Assembly: GCA_964016885.1 (NCBI GenBank)
Contig: OZ024748.1
Coordinates: 41,912,001 to 41,976,000, forward strand
Source: Eledone cirrhosa
Taxonomy: Eukaryota
DNA length: 64,000 bases
Reading direction: 5' to 3'
The notes beneath the pieces are model-generated. The model was not told the origin of the DNA. It made no database searches and saw only the letters and a program-made list of their open reading frames with translations. Positions 38,443-50,960 of the stretch are shown here, piece after piece; the first letter of the stretch is position 1; each line of letters starts with the position of its first letter. Position numbers and translations under genes: made by a program.

Positions 38443-38670
38443 AGACAGTCCACGTTGTAATGTGGCCGTGTAGGTAACACGGTAAAAAGTTCCCAGTTCA
38501 CACTGTAAATGTGGTTGGTGTTAGGAAGGGCATCCAGCCGTAGAAAACCTGTCAGATAGTCCTATATGAGCAAGACACGCTCACCCGACCAATCTTGCCT
38601 CAAATTGAGACAACTCCCGTCTAACCCATGCTAGCGTGCAAAATAGACGTTAAACGATGATGATGATGAT
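38443..38670 (+). mobile_element. RTE 3'UTR fragment
   Basis: matches 36010-36230; (GAT)n tail. Confidence 0.75.
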
Positions 38671-38796
38671 TTCCAGAGTGTACTGAGTATATCTTTGTCA
38701 TGGCAACAGCACTAGAAAGGTTGCCCTGCTCTTGACATGACTGAAAACTCTGCCATACCCTGTGCTATTACTGTTCAAAATACCAACCTTTTTACG

Positions 38797-39290
38797 GAAT
38801 GTACTGAGTACATTTTATAGTGACACTAACACTAAAGAGTTCACCATATTGTTATAGAATGTACAGGGGACATTTTATAGTGACACTAACACTAAAGAGT
38901 TCACCATATTGTTATAGAATGTACAGGGGACATTTTATAGTGACACTAACACTAAAGAGGTCACCATATTGTTATAGAATGTACAGGGGACACTTTATAT
39001 TGACACTAACACTAAAGAGGTCACCATATTGTTATAGAATGTACAGGGGACATTTTATAGTGACACTAACACTAAAGAGGTCACCATATTGTTATAGAAT
39101 GTACAGGGGACACTTTATATTGACACTAACACTAAAGAGGTCATCACACTGATATAGAATGTACTGGGTATATTTTACAGTGACATTAACACTAAATGCT
39201 CACCATATTGTTATAGAATGTACTGGGTATATTTTATATCGACACTAACACTAAAGAGGTCACCATATTGTTATGGAATGTAGTGGCTAC
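38797..39290. repeat. 60-bp minisatellite, ~8 copies
   Basis: unit tgacactaacactaaagaggtcaccatattgttatagaatgtacaggggacattttatag. Confidence 0.95.
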
Positions 39291-39401
39291 ATTAACATCT
39301 CAGCGATCACCATATTGTAAAAAATATCAAATAATTGAACCAAGAAATGAGAGTCTAAATGGTAGAATAAAAAAACGAAAAAACATTAAAACAAATAATT
39401 G

Positions 39402-40817
39402 TATGGAGCCACAATAATAGGGAGATGGTGATCAATACTTATGGAGCCACGACAATAGGGGCATGGTTAGTTATACTTATGGAGCCATGACAATAGGGGA
39501 ATGGTGAGTGATTGATACAGAGCTACGGTAATAGGGAGATGGTGATCAATATTTACTGAGTCATGACAATAGGGAAATGGTAGTGATACTTATGGAGCCA
39601 TGACAATAGGGAAATGGTAGTGATACTTATGGAGCCATGACAATAGGGAAATGGTAGTGATACTTATGGAGCCACGACAATAGGGTAATGGTAGTGATAC
39701 TTATGGAGCCACGACAATAGGGTAATGGTAGTGATACTTATGGAGCCATGACAATAGGGTAATGGTAGTGATACTTATGGATCCATAACAATAGGGTAAT
39801 GGTAGTGATACTTATGGAGCCATGACAATAGGGTAATGGTAGTGATACTTATGGATCCATAACAATAGGGTAATGGTAGTGATACTTATGGAGCCATGAC
39901 AATAGGGTAATGGTAGTGATACTTATGGAGCCATGACAATAGGGTAATGGTAGTGATACTTATGGAGCCACGACAATAGGGTAATGGTAGTGATACTTAT
40001 GTAGCCATGACAATAGGGTAATGGTAGTGATACTTATGGAGCCACGACAATAGGGTAATGGTAGTGATACTTATGGAGCCATGACAATAGGGTAATGGTA
40101 GTGATACTTATGGAGCCACGACAATAGGGTAATGGTAGTGATACTTATGGAGCCATGACAATAGGGTAATGGTAGTGATACTTATGGATCCATAACAATA
40201 GGGTAATGGTAGTGATACTTATGGAGCCATGACAATAGGGTAATGGTAGTGATACTTATGGATCCATAACAATAGGGTAATGGTAGTGATACTTATGGAG
40301 CCATGACAATAGGGTAATGGTAGTGATACTTATGGAGCCATGACAATAGGGTAATGGTAGTGATACTTATGGAGCCACGACAATAGGGTAATGGTAGTGA
40401 TACTTATGTAGCCATGACAATAGGGTAATGGTAGTGATACTTATGGAGCCACGACAATAGGGTAATGGTAGTGATACTTATGGAGCCACGACAATAGGGT
40501 AATGGTAGTGATACTTATGGAGCCACGACAATAGGGTAATGGTAGTGATACTTATGGAGCCATGACAATAGGGAAATGGTAGTGATACTTATGTAGCCAT
40601 AACAATAGGGTAATGGTAGTGATACTTATGGAGCCACGACAATAGGGTAATGGTAGTGATACTTATGGAGCCATGACAATAGGGAAATGGTAGTGATACT
40701 TATGTAGCCATGACAATAGGGTAATGGTAGTGATACTTATGGAGCCACGGCAATAGGGAAATGGTAGTGATACTTATGGAGCCACGGCAATAGGGAAATG
40801 GTAGTGATTGATACTTA
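39402..40817. repeat. 37-bp minisatellite, ~38 copies, abutting a splice donor
   Basis: unit gatacttatggagccatgacaatagggtaatggtagt. Confidence 0.97.
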
Positions 40818-40818
40818 C

Positions 40819-40908
40819 AGCGAGTGGAGCAAGATAACATTGGAATGGGTTGAAACTTGAGGTGGCAAAATTCCAGGAATCATCAGCAACATCAAAGAAT
40901 TCAACGTT
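40819..40908 (-). CDS. VIRMA: virilizer/VIRMA exon, 90 nt
   Basis: ttttttttag|...GCT|gtaagt; NVEFFDVADDSWNFATSSFNPFQCYLAPLA; phase 0/0. Confidence 0.85.
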
Positions 40909-40995
40909 CTAAAAAAAAAACAATATTGAGATTTACAAGACATGAAAGAATATTTTGTAATATAAGACAAGATACAATATTGTGGAATATAAGAT

Positions 40996-41436
40996 GGAGG
41001 CACATGGCTTAGTGGTTAGAACATTGGCTTTGCAATCGAAAGGTTGTGAGTTGAATTCTCAGACCGGGTGATGTGTTGTTTCCTTGAGCAAGACACTTTA
41101 TTTCTCATTGCTCCAGTGCACTCAGCTGTAGAAATGAGATGAAAGGGACTGGGGTCCATATCATTCCACTGCAAAGTGGTCGTGGAGGTGCCACGGCAAA
41201 AAAGCACCCAGCCCACACTGTAAAGTTGACGTGTAGGTGCCACGGCAAAAAAGCACCCAGCCCACAATGTAAAGTGGACGTGTAGGCGCCACGGAAAAAA
41301 AAGCACCCAGCACTCACTGTAAATGAGGTTGGTGTTAGGAAGGGCATCCATCTGTAGAAATCAAGCCAGAATCAGTTCCCGTCCCTCCCTGCAAGCAGGG
41401 AAAAGTGGACGTAAAATGAAATGAATTAATGAACTG
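40996..41436 (+). mobile_element. tRNA-derived SINE with a triplicated internal ~48-bp unit
   Basis: A and B boxes; three aaaaagcacccagc..actgtaaa units; flanked by a 34-bp direct repeat (40962-40995 / 41437-41470). Confidence 0.87.
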
Positions 41437-41777
41437 ATAAGACAAGATACAATATTGTGGAATATAAGATATGATACAATATTGTGGAATATAGGACATG
41501 ATACAATATTGTGGAATATAGGACATGATACAATACTGTGGAATATAAGACATGAAACACAAATTAGTTGAAAATGTGGTGGAGGTCCAATATAATATAA
41601 ATATGTGTATATGAAGGTTTGTATTTTGAATAATAAACAATATGTTTCCAAATAAACATTTGAAAGCCTTTAGCTATGAATTTTAAAGGAGATGACTGAC
41701 ATCATCTACCTTGTTCCAGCAGTCATCATCTTTAAAATTCCCAGCTCAACATTTGTTCTAGAAAACTCATCACATAC

Positions 41778-41858
41778 CTGCATATCATTGTCCTCACCAC
41801 ATATTAACCCATCATCTTCATCATCAGAACTGATATCTTCATAACCATCATCAGCATC
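41778..41858 (-). CDS. VIRMA: virilizer/VIRMA exon, 81 nt, acidic
   Basis: ttccag|...CAG|gtatgt; DADDGYEDISSDDEDD resembles VIRMA DDGYEQISSDED. Confidence 0.88.
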
Positions 41859-41902
41859 CTGGAATATCATATATAACTCAATCTGTAGACAATACTAAGC
41901 TA

Positions 41903-42126
41903 CAGTGTTTCAAAAGTCTGGCGCCATAGGAAATTTAACAATATAATTCCCTCAAAAACTGATTTATTCATTAATTTTATATATATATATTCTCAATGTG
42001 TAGATTTAAAAAATAACAAATTAAAAAACCAACTATCGAAAAGCACCTAATTAATAAATTAATTTTACACAGAAATTATAAAGATAAATGCATTTCCTAT
42101 GGTGCCAGACTTTTGGGAACAGCTGG
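41903..42126. mobile_element. Tc1/mariner-like MITE
   Basis: TA-cagtg start; TIR core caaaagtctggcgccataggaaat / atttcctatggtgccagacttttg. Confidence 0.7.
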
Positions 42127-42344
42127 TATATAGGATTTTTTTAATTAACTAGAAAAATATTGGGGTTTGTTTGAAACACAATCTGTTACTTTGTAAAGAT
42201 TTTCTGTTACTTTGTAAAGATTTTTAGTTAGTTTTTATGAAATGAATGTGGAAACCCTAGGATACAAGAGACATTGAGGGGTGTAACAGAGGTGTAAGTG
42301 TATCATTGGGCTGTAACATAGGTGCAAATAACTGAAGATTTTAC

Positions 42345-42433
42345 CTGATTCTCAGCATCTGAAAGAAATATCACATTTGGAGAGTGGACAGGTGTGAGGC
42401 TATACAGGTCATCTTGGTTCATAGGGAGAGTTT
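42345..42433 (-). CDS. VIRMA: virilizer/VIRMA exon, 89 nt
   Basis: ttttttcttatag|...CAG|gtaaaa; (E)TLPMNQDDLYSLTPVHSPNVIFLSDAENQ; phase 1/0 bridges the neighbours. Confidence 0.75.
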
Positions 42434-42475
42434 CTATAAGAAAAAAGTAAATAAATTGTAACAAACCAATACAAT

Positions 42476-42752
42476 AGACACTGTCTATGTCATTAACCCT
42501 TTCATTACCATATTTCTAATGAAAGACACTGTCATTAACCCTTTCATTACCATTTTTCTAATAAAAGACAGTCTATGTCTTTAACCCTTTCATTACTATA
42601 TTTCTAATGAAAGACACTGTCTATGTCATTAACCCATCCATTACCATATTTCTAATGAAAGACATTGTCTATGTCATTAACCCTTTCATTACCATATTTC
42701 TAATGAAAGACACTACCTATGTTGTTTAACCCTTTCATTACCATATTTCTCT
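42476..42752. repeat. 45-bp minisatellite (short array), same unit as 44303-45740
   Basis: cattaaccctttcattaccatatttctaatgaaagacactgtctatgt-type units. Confidence 0.9.
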
Positions 42753-43250
42753 TAAGTATAGTTTTTACTGTTTAATCAGGAAAGAAAGGGCAGTGCCCTT
42801 GACCTTTATCATAGGCTCCATGATGTGAGGGAGAAAGGAAGGGAGGTCTTCATAAACTAGAGACCTGGCCCAAATGCTTACAATGGAGTGGACCCCCACT
42901 AAAACACCTAAGGACCACATGGTGATTTAGAACCAGGAGACAGATTAAGTATAGCAATGGATCTATATCTACATTTAGTTTTTAAAATGTATTCCATGTT
43001 GTAAAGTGGTTGGCATTAGGAAGTGCATCCAGCTATAGAAACCAAACCAGAAATAGTTCTGTATGAACAAGACAATGGTCACCTGATCTGATTTGTCTCA
43101 CAACAGAACAACCTGTCTAATCTATTTAGTGTAGAAAATAGACACTAAATGGTGATGATTCGTGGGTGAGTTTTAGATGAATTCTCAAATTGGAATAAAA
43201 AAAAAAAGGTATTTAATACTTAATGAGTTTTATGAATGAAAATAACTTAC

Positions 43251-44252
43251 CAGACTCAGGATCTTCAACTCTATCTTGTCTTGGAGACTCTGTAGGTGGG
43301 GACTGTGACCTAGTTGGTGAACGAGACCGACCACGGGGAGACTTTGTTCGATCACGGGCCTCTCGGTCAGTTAAGTCCCTGTTTGGGTCTCTCTCTTTGA
43401 ACTGGTCCCAATCACGTTCACGTGTGGGTGACCGAGAGCAAGGGTCTTTATCATTTTTGTCCCGAGAGCCGTCATGTTGATTATCAAACTCCCTTGAAGT
43501 ATCAGTAGCGCCACGTCCATCACGATGATGTACTTCACGTTCATAGGAACTCCTACTACGGTGCTGTTCTTCAAAGAAGTCTGATGTATCAATCGGTTCC
43601 TTTGATTCGGAACATAATTCATTGAAGTCTCCACGGTAGCTTCTGTCCGTTTGATCAACTGTAGACTCTCTTTGACTAAATGTTTTGTGGCTGTCTCCGG
43701 AAAATTCTCTTTGGTTAGCTGGGTACTCCTGTGCTGGAATATCTGGAGAAACTTGTGATGACGACGGTCGGTGATCAAAGAGTTCTTCAGTTTGATGATA
43801 AACGTCTGCAGTTCTATGTGGAAGGGGTAGAAGAGGTGTTTGTGAAGGTGGGTGTACTACAGTACTGGATTGTTGGTTCTTCTGTTGCTGTTGTTGTTGC
43901 TGCTGCTGCTGAGATGATGCCTGTTGTTGTTTACTCTGCTGTACCTGTTGTGTTGAATGAGAGCTTGGTTGCTGCTGTTGAGGTTGTTGTACTTGAGACT
44001 GTTGTTGTTGTTGCTGTTGACCCACCTGTTGAACTGATTTAGGCTGCTGGGGTGGTGCCACCATTTGTGCTTTCTGCTGCTGTTTCTGTTGAGCTTGCTG
44101 CTGTTGCACCTGTTGTGCTTGCTGCTGCTGTGCCTGTTGCTGTTGAAGTTGCTGCATCTGTTGTTCCACCTGTTGTTGTATGTAATCTAAAGGGTGCTGT
44201 TGCCGTGGTTCCCAGTCTGGTTGTTTGTCTGACTGGGAATGGTTCTCCAACG
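43251..44252 (-). CDS. VIRMA: virilizer/VIRMA exon, 1002 nt, Gln-rich and Arg/Asp/Ser-rich low-complexity region
   Basis: aaatttag|CG TTG GAG...TCT G|gtaagt; open frame (ORF 43213-44250), phase 1/1 compatible with both neighbours. Confidence 0.85.
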
Positions 44253-44302
44253 CTAAATTTGTAGAATATAAATATTAATGTTAATAGCTTATACAAGAAT
44301 AG

Positions 44303-45740
44303 TAACCCTTTCATTACCATATTTCTAACGAAAAACACTGTCTATGTCATTAACCCTTTCATTACCATATTTCTAATAAAAGACACTGTCTATGTCATTA
44401 ACCCTTTCATTACCATATTTCTAATGAAAGACACTGTCTATGTCATTAACCCTTTCATTACCATATTTCTAATGAAAGACACTGTCTATGTCATTAACCC
44501 TTTCATTACCATATTACTAATAAAAGACACTGTCTATGTCATTAACCCTTTCATTACCATATTTCTAATAAAAGACACTGTCTATGTCATTAACCCTTTC
44601 ATTACCATATTTCTTATGAAAGACACTGTCTATGTCATTAACCCTTTCATTACTATATTTCTAATGAAAGACACTGTCTATGTCATTAACCCTTTCATTA
44701 CCATATTACTAATAAAAGACACTGTCTATGTCATTAACCCTTTCATTACCATATTTCTAATAAAAGACACTGTCTATGTCATTAACCCTTTCATTACCAT
44801 ATTTCTTATGAAAGACACTGTCTATGTCATTAACCCTTTCATTACTATATTTCTAATGAAAGACACTGTCTATGTCATTAACCCTTTCATTACCATATTA
44901 CTAATAAAAGACACTGTCTATGTCATTAACCCTTTCATTACCATATTTCTAATAAAAGACACTGCCTATGTCATTAACCCTTTCATTACCATATTTCTAA
45001 TGAAAGACACTGTCTATGTCATTAACCCTTTCATTACCATATTTCTAATGAAAGACACTGTCTATGTCATTAACCCTTTCATTACCATATTTCTAATAAA
45101 AGACACTGTCTATGTCATTAACCCTTTCATTACCATATTTCTAATGAAAGACACTGTCTATGTCATTAACCCTTTCATTACCATATTTCTAATAAAAGAC
45201 ACTGTCTATGTCATTAACCCTTTCATTACCATATTTCTTATGAAAGACACTGTCTATGTCATTAACCCTTTCATTACCATATTTCTAATAAAAGACACTG
45301 TCTATGTCATTAACCCTTTCATTACCATATTTCTTATGAAAGACACTGCCTATGTCATTAACCCTTTCATTACCATATTTCTAACTAATGAAAGACACTG
45401 TCTATGTCATTAACCCTTTCATTACTATATTTCTAATAAAAGACACTGCCTATGTCATTAACCCTTTCATTACCATATTTCTAATGAAAGACACTGTCTA
45501 TGTCATTAACCCTTTCATTACCATATTTCTAATGAAAGACACTGTCTATGTCATTAACCCTTTCATTACCATATTACTAATAAAAGACACTGTCTATGTC
45601 ATTAACCCTTTCATTACCATATTTCTAATAAAAGACACTGCCTATGTCATTAACCCTTTCATTACCATATTTCTAATGAAAGACACTGTCTATGTCATTA
45701 ACCCTTTCATTACCATATTTCTTATGAAAGACACTGCTTA
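44303..45740. repeat. minisatellite of ~45-48-bp units (~30 copies) made from the left end of a piggyBac-like MITE
   Basis: each unit contains TTAA-CCCTTT; the last unit continues into a unique body ending aaaaggg-TTAA at 45928. Confidence 0.93.
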
Positions 45741-45928
45741 TGATTTTTAATTAATTTTGAAAATAATCAAGAATTTGGAATATAGCTAAGTTTCTCATTA
45801 TCAATCTGGTGTTTGGAACATAACTTAACAAAGGTTTTTACATAAATTTATGATGGAAGATTTTTAGATAAATATAAACACTTTAAAATATACGTTTTAT
45901 TGTAGAAGCAGGGGCGGTTTCAAAAGGG
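45702..45928. mobile_element. piggyBac-like MITE body
   Basis: TTAA|cccttt ... caaaaggg|TTAA. Confidence 0.65.
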
Positions 45929-45969
45929 TTAAAACCAAGGGAAGTTTATATAAGGAGAGAGAAACATAC

Positions 45970-46114
45970 CAGGTCCTTTAATACGGTGTACAGATTGCTG
46001 TGGAGGAGGTGGTGGAGGTGGTGGAGATATGCTCTCAATTGTAGCAACATGTCCAAATGCAGCGATGGTAATGGTTGTATACCATCCTTTGAGAATAAGG
46101 CCGTTGGTTGGTAC
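45970..46114 (-). CDS. VIRMA: virilizer/VIRMA exon, 145 nt, N-terminal domain
   Basis: ttgcag|...|gtatgt; VPTNGLILKGWYTTITIAAFG...SPPPPPPPP matches the recalled VIRMA motif (TDGLVLRGWY..LTLAIYG...SPPPPPP). Confidence 0.92.
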
Positions 46115-46264
46115 CTGCAACAGAACCATAATATTAGATTACACAGAAAGCTAAACACATTGACATGCTCCAATAGACCAGGGAGCCCCACCCCCATTTC
46201 TTTTTAGACTATTGACCTCACAGCTTTCATGAAATCCTTAACCTCTCATTGACCCCTGGCCATG

Positions 46265-47460
46265 TATAAAAAGCACCCAGCCAACACTGTAAAAGTGGTC
46301 ATGCGGTGTCAATAAAAAGCACCCAGTCCACACTGTAAAGTCGTCATGCTGGTGTCACGACAAAAAGCACACAATCCACACTGTAAAGTGGTTGCGTAGG
46401 TGTCACAACAAAAAGCGCCCAATCTACACTGTAAAGTCGTCATGCTGGTGTCAAGACAAAAAGCACCCAGTCTACACTGTAAAGTCGTCATGCTGGTGTC
46501 ACAACAAAAAGCACCCAGCCAACACTGTAAAGTGGTTGCGTAGGTGTCACAACAAAAAGCGCCCGATCTACACTGTAAAGTCGTCATGCTGGTGTCAAGA
46601 CAAAAAGCACCCAATCCACACTGTAAAGTGGTTGCGTAGGTGTCACAACAAAAAGCGCCCGATCTACACTGTAAAGTGGTCATGCTGGTGTCACGACAAA
46701 AAGCACACAATCCACACTGTAAAGTGGTCATGCTGGTGTCATGACAAAAAGCACCCAGCCAACACTGTAAAGTCGTCATGCTGGTGTCACGACAAAAAGC
46801 ACCCAGTCTACACTGTAAAGTGGTCATGCTGGTGTCATGACAAAAAGCACCCAGCCAACACTGTAAAGTGGTCATGCTGGTGTCATGACAAAAAGCACCC
46901 AGCTAACACTGTAAAGTGGTCATGCTGGTGTCATGACAAAAAGCACCCAGCCAACACTGTAAAGTGGTCATGCTGGTGTCATGACAAAAAGCACCCAGCC
47001 AACACTGTAAAGTGGTCATGCTGGTGTCATGACAAAAAGCACCCAGCCAACACTGTAAAGTGGTCATGCTGGTGTCATGACAAAAAGCACCCAGCCAACA
47101 CTGTAAAGTCGTCATGCTGGTGTCATGACAAAAAGCACCCAGCCAACACTGTAAAGTGGTCATGCTGGTGTCATGACAAAAAGCACCCAGCCAACACTGT
47201 AAAGTGGTCATGCTGGTGTCATGACAAAAAGCACCCAGCTAACACTGTAAAGTGGTCATGCTGGTGTCATGACAAAAAGAACCCAGTACTTACTGTAAAT
47301 GTGGTTGGTGTTAGGGAGGGCATGCAGCCATAGAAATCAAGCCAAAATTGGTTCTGTATGAGCATGACATGGTCACCTGACTTAGCATTGTTCACAACAA
47401 GACAACCCGCCTAACCCATGCCAGTGTGGAAAAATGGATGTTAAACGGTGATGATGATGA
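46265..47460 (+). repeat. 48-bp minisatellite (~22 copies) followed by a SINE/RTE 3' tail
   Basis: unit gacaaaaagcacccagccaacactgtaaagtggtcatgctggtgtcat; tail ggatgttaaacggtgatgatgat. Confidence 0.93.
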
Positions 47461-47719
47461 TAAAATCAGTAAACAGAACATAAAATAAAATAGACAACAA
47501 AAACTAAAATATAAATTAAAAACCTGTATAAACCTGTTTTATTGTATTGTGTATTTCCATTTCTTGTATGTCAGGTTTTGACCCAAAAGTTCAATTGACC
47601 CCCACCCCCACCCACATCTTCCCGATCATCCCATTGATCCCTGGGTATCGATATTGATCACTCTACGCTTCTCATTGTGATTATGTCAGCCTGCCTGAGA
47701 TCAAACTTTACTTCATGTG

Positions 47720-48330
47720 TATCATCATCATCATTTAACGTCCATCTTCCATGCTAGCGTGGGTTAGACGGGAATTGTCCCACTTGGAGCAAGATTGGTC
47801 AGTAGGCCGTGACTTGCTCATATAAGACTGTATCTGGCAGGTTTTCTACGGCTGGATGCCCTTCCTAACACCAACCACATTACAGTGTGGACTGGCAGCC
47901 TTTTTACAGTGTTACCTACACAGCCACATTACAGTGTGGACTGGATGTTTTTTGTCGTGACACCTACACGACCTCTTTAGTTTGGACTAGATGTTGTGGG
48001 ACCAACATAACTTTACAGAGAAAGAGTGGTGTTGGTGGGAGTGGGAGGATGGAGTATGGGTAGTGGGTTGGGGTGTATATTTGGTTAAGAGGGTCCTACT
48101 GTCTGTAGGTTAACTTTGTACGTAGGGAAGGTGGGTCTTCTGTATTACTGCCTGGCGCCAAAGATCTCGATCCAGTGACATTGTCTTAGAGAGTTGTAAG
48201 TGTGCAAGGTCGGATTTTATCATGTCGTCCCATGCTTTTCTGGGTCTACCTACTCCGTAACTTCCATCAATTTTGATCGCCCTGCACTTTTTTATACAGC
48301 TGTCGTCTTTCATGCGCATCAGATGACCAT
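47720..48330 (-). mobile_element. RTE LINE 3' fragment
   Basis: MRMKDDSCIKKCRAIKIDGSYGVGRPRKAW nearly identical to 35645-35840; (GAT)n tail. Confidence 0.87.
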
Positions 48331-48378
48331 ACTATATATATATACACACATACACACATATATATATATATATATATA

Positions 48379-49251
48379 CAGGGTGAGGACGATATTTGTT
48401 CGCAATTTTCAACTGCTAATTTTATGCAAATTTTATTTACTTCCGTTGTCACTCTTGACTTCATAAAAACAGTGACTATATTTCCATTATTTATTTTCAG
48501 AATAATTGATTATGAATAATTTTGAAGCTCCAAATTTGTGGAAGAAACACGGAGTTCTTCTTGGAATCCGCGCTGGGAGGACAAATAAGACCAGAAGATC
48601 AATTCCCAGAACAACAGGTGGCTCACTGTCTCATCCAAAGACGTGCCCAGAGTCATGCAGACAAAGTTTCCAGCGACAACATTGGTCTTAGGTGTCGTCA
48701 GCAGTCATGGTGACGTCATGCCACCTCACTTCTTCCCTGAGGCCCTCAAGCTGAACACCGATGGCTACATCCACGTTCTGAGCGAGGTAGTAGCTGGATC
48801 GACCAGGTAGCTGCAGGTAGGCCGTACGTGTGGCAGCAAGACTCAGCGCCCTGCCATACCAGCCGAAAGACCCAAGCCTGGCTGTCAGAGAACTTCGTCG
48901 ACCACACTTCACCTGACATCTGGCCTCCCAGCTCGCCTGACTGCAACCCCTTCGACTTCTTTGTGTGAGGCGCAGTGGAACGAGACACTAACAGATCTAG
49001 CTGCAATACGAAAGACGATCTGAAGGCCAGGATCACAAGTGCCTTTAGGGGCCTAAGTCGGGGACAGTGACGAAGGCCTGTAGCTGGTTCCGAGGCCATC
49101 ATCAAAGCCAATGGCGGGTTTATCGAGTGAGATCGAAAGAACAAGTCATGAAGACAAACTGACCCAGGTTTGATAAATAAATCTTAAAAAATAATACTAC
49201 TGTGTTATTTTTTCCTAGACAGAAATCTTGCGAACAAATATCGTTCGCACC

Positions 49252-49254
<3 letters not shown>
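48379..49254 (+). mobile_element. internally deleted DD37D (maT) transposon
   Basis: 27-bp TIRs cagggtgaggacgatatttgttcgcaa / ttgcgaacaaatatcgttcgcaccctg in (TA)n; WQQDSAPCH...SPDCNPFD with 37 residues between the two Asp. Confidence 0.88.
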
Positions 49255-49307
<53 letters not shown>

Positions 49308-49772
49308 CGGCGATGAATTAGTTTTGCGAGGTTTTTTATATGAAATTGTGTGTCGAAACAAATATTGTTATACTTGGGGAGGGTCATATTTGTGTAATAA
49401 TATTGCCAGAATTAATAACTTTGTTTTTCATCTTTGGAAAGATGAAAAACAAAGTTGACCCCGGCAGAATATGATCTCAGTCAATATCCAAACAGACAAT
49501 AAATCAAACAAGGGCTGCTTTTTGTGCTACACTCTACTGACTTTTAAATGAAATACAATACCCAACATTTCAAAACCTGCATTATTTTTAGTGACAGTTC
49601 TTTTGTAGATGATGAGTCGTTAGAATGGAAGATTAAATTATTTGTTTCTTTGATCCGATCTGCCAGGCCTTGCAACCAGCAAATAGTATCAGATATGGAG
49701 AGCCTAATAAAAATATAGTTTCCTCGGTCTGATCTGATAATCAGCTTATTTTTTCTGCCAGGCTTTGAAAGT

Positions 49773-50690
49773 ATCAGATAGTATCAGCAATGGAGAGACC
49801 AGTGGAAACACTGTCTCCTTGGTACTGACAGATAGTATCAGCAATGGACAGACCAGTGGAAACACTGTCTCCTTGGTAGTGACAGATAGTATCAGCAATG
49901 GAGAGACCAGTGGAAACACTGTCTCCTTGGTAGTGACAGATAGTATCAGCAATGGAGAGACCAGTGGAAACACTGTCTCCTTGGTACTGACAGATAGTAT
50001 CAGCAATGGACAGACCAGTGGAAACATTGTCTCCTTGGTACTGACAGATAGTATCAGCAATGGAGAGACCAGTGGAAACACTGTCTCCTTGGTACTGACA
50101 GATAGTATCAGCAATGGACAGACCAGTGGAAACATTGTCTCCTTGGTACTGACAGATAGTATCAGCAATGGAGAGACCAGTGGAAACACTGTCTCCTTGG
50201 TAGTGACAGATAGTATCAGCAATGGAGAGACCAGTGGAAACACTGTCTCCTTGGTACTGACAGATAGTATCAGCAATGGAGAGACCAGTGGAAACACTGT
50301 CTCCTTGGTACTGACAGATAGTATCAGCAATGGAGAGACCAGTGGAAACACTGTCTCCTTGGTAGTGACAGATAGTATCAGCAATGGAGAGACCAGTGGA
50401 AACACTGTCTCCTTGGTAGTGACAGATAGTATCAGCAATGGAGAGACCAGTGGAAACACTGTCTCCTTGGTACTGACAGATAGTATCAGCAATGGAGAGA
50501 CCAGTGGAAACACTGTCTCCTTGGTACTGACAGATAGTATCAGCAATGGAGAGACCAGTGGAAACACTGTCTCCTTGGTACTGACAGATAGTATCAGCAA
50601 TGGAGAGACCAGTGGAAACACTGTCTCCTTGGTACTGACAGATAGTATCAGCAATGGACAGACCAGTGGAAACATTGTTTCCTTGGTCTG
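49773..50690. repeat. 54-bp minisatellite, ~17 copies
   Basis: unit cagatagtatcagcaatggagagaccagtggaaacactgtctccttggtactga. Confidence 0.97.
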
Positions 50691-50911
50691 ATCTGACATT
50701 CAGCTCCTTTCTTCTGCCAGGCCTTGCAACCAGCAGATAGTATGAAGAATGGACAGACTATTGGAAACAATGTCTCCTTAGTTTGATCTGATGATCAGCT
50801 TCTTTCCTTTAATTTCCTTTTCATTTGTTCGAGACAAAAAAGACTAAAAAAAAAGTTATTTCTCTGAATAAAGAACATAAAGAACACAATGGAAGATGGA
50901 AGAAAACTCAC

Positions 50912-50960
50912 CAAATCTTCAGCAAGGAACATGACATCTTTGTTGTCTTTGTATTCCAAC
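50912..50960 (-). CDS. VIRMA: virilizer/VIRMA exon (most 5' exon in the window, 49 nt)
   Basis: ttgtttag|G TTG GAA TAC...GAT TTG|gtgagt; LEYKDNKDVMFLAEDL resembles VIRMA N-terminal LEYDENTSIIF and joins the next exon in phase 0. Confidence 0.8.

Noticed and set aside
49773-50690. Tandem hammerheads (ctgacaga...gaaacactgtc)
   Set aside because: Core spacing is wrong (CTGACAGA) and stem I cannot form.
44424-50699. Repeat ORFs of about 300 aa (KDTVYVINPF, WCHDKKHP, TDSISNG)
   Set aside because: Tandem-repeat translations without splice or homology support.
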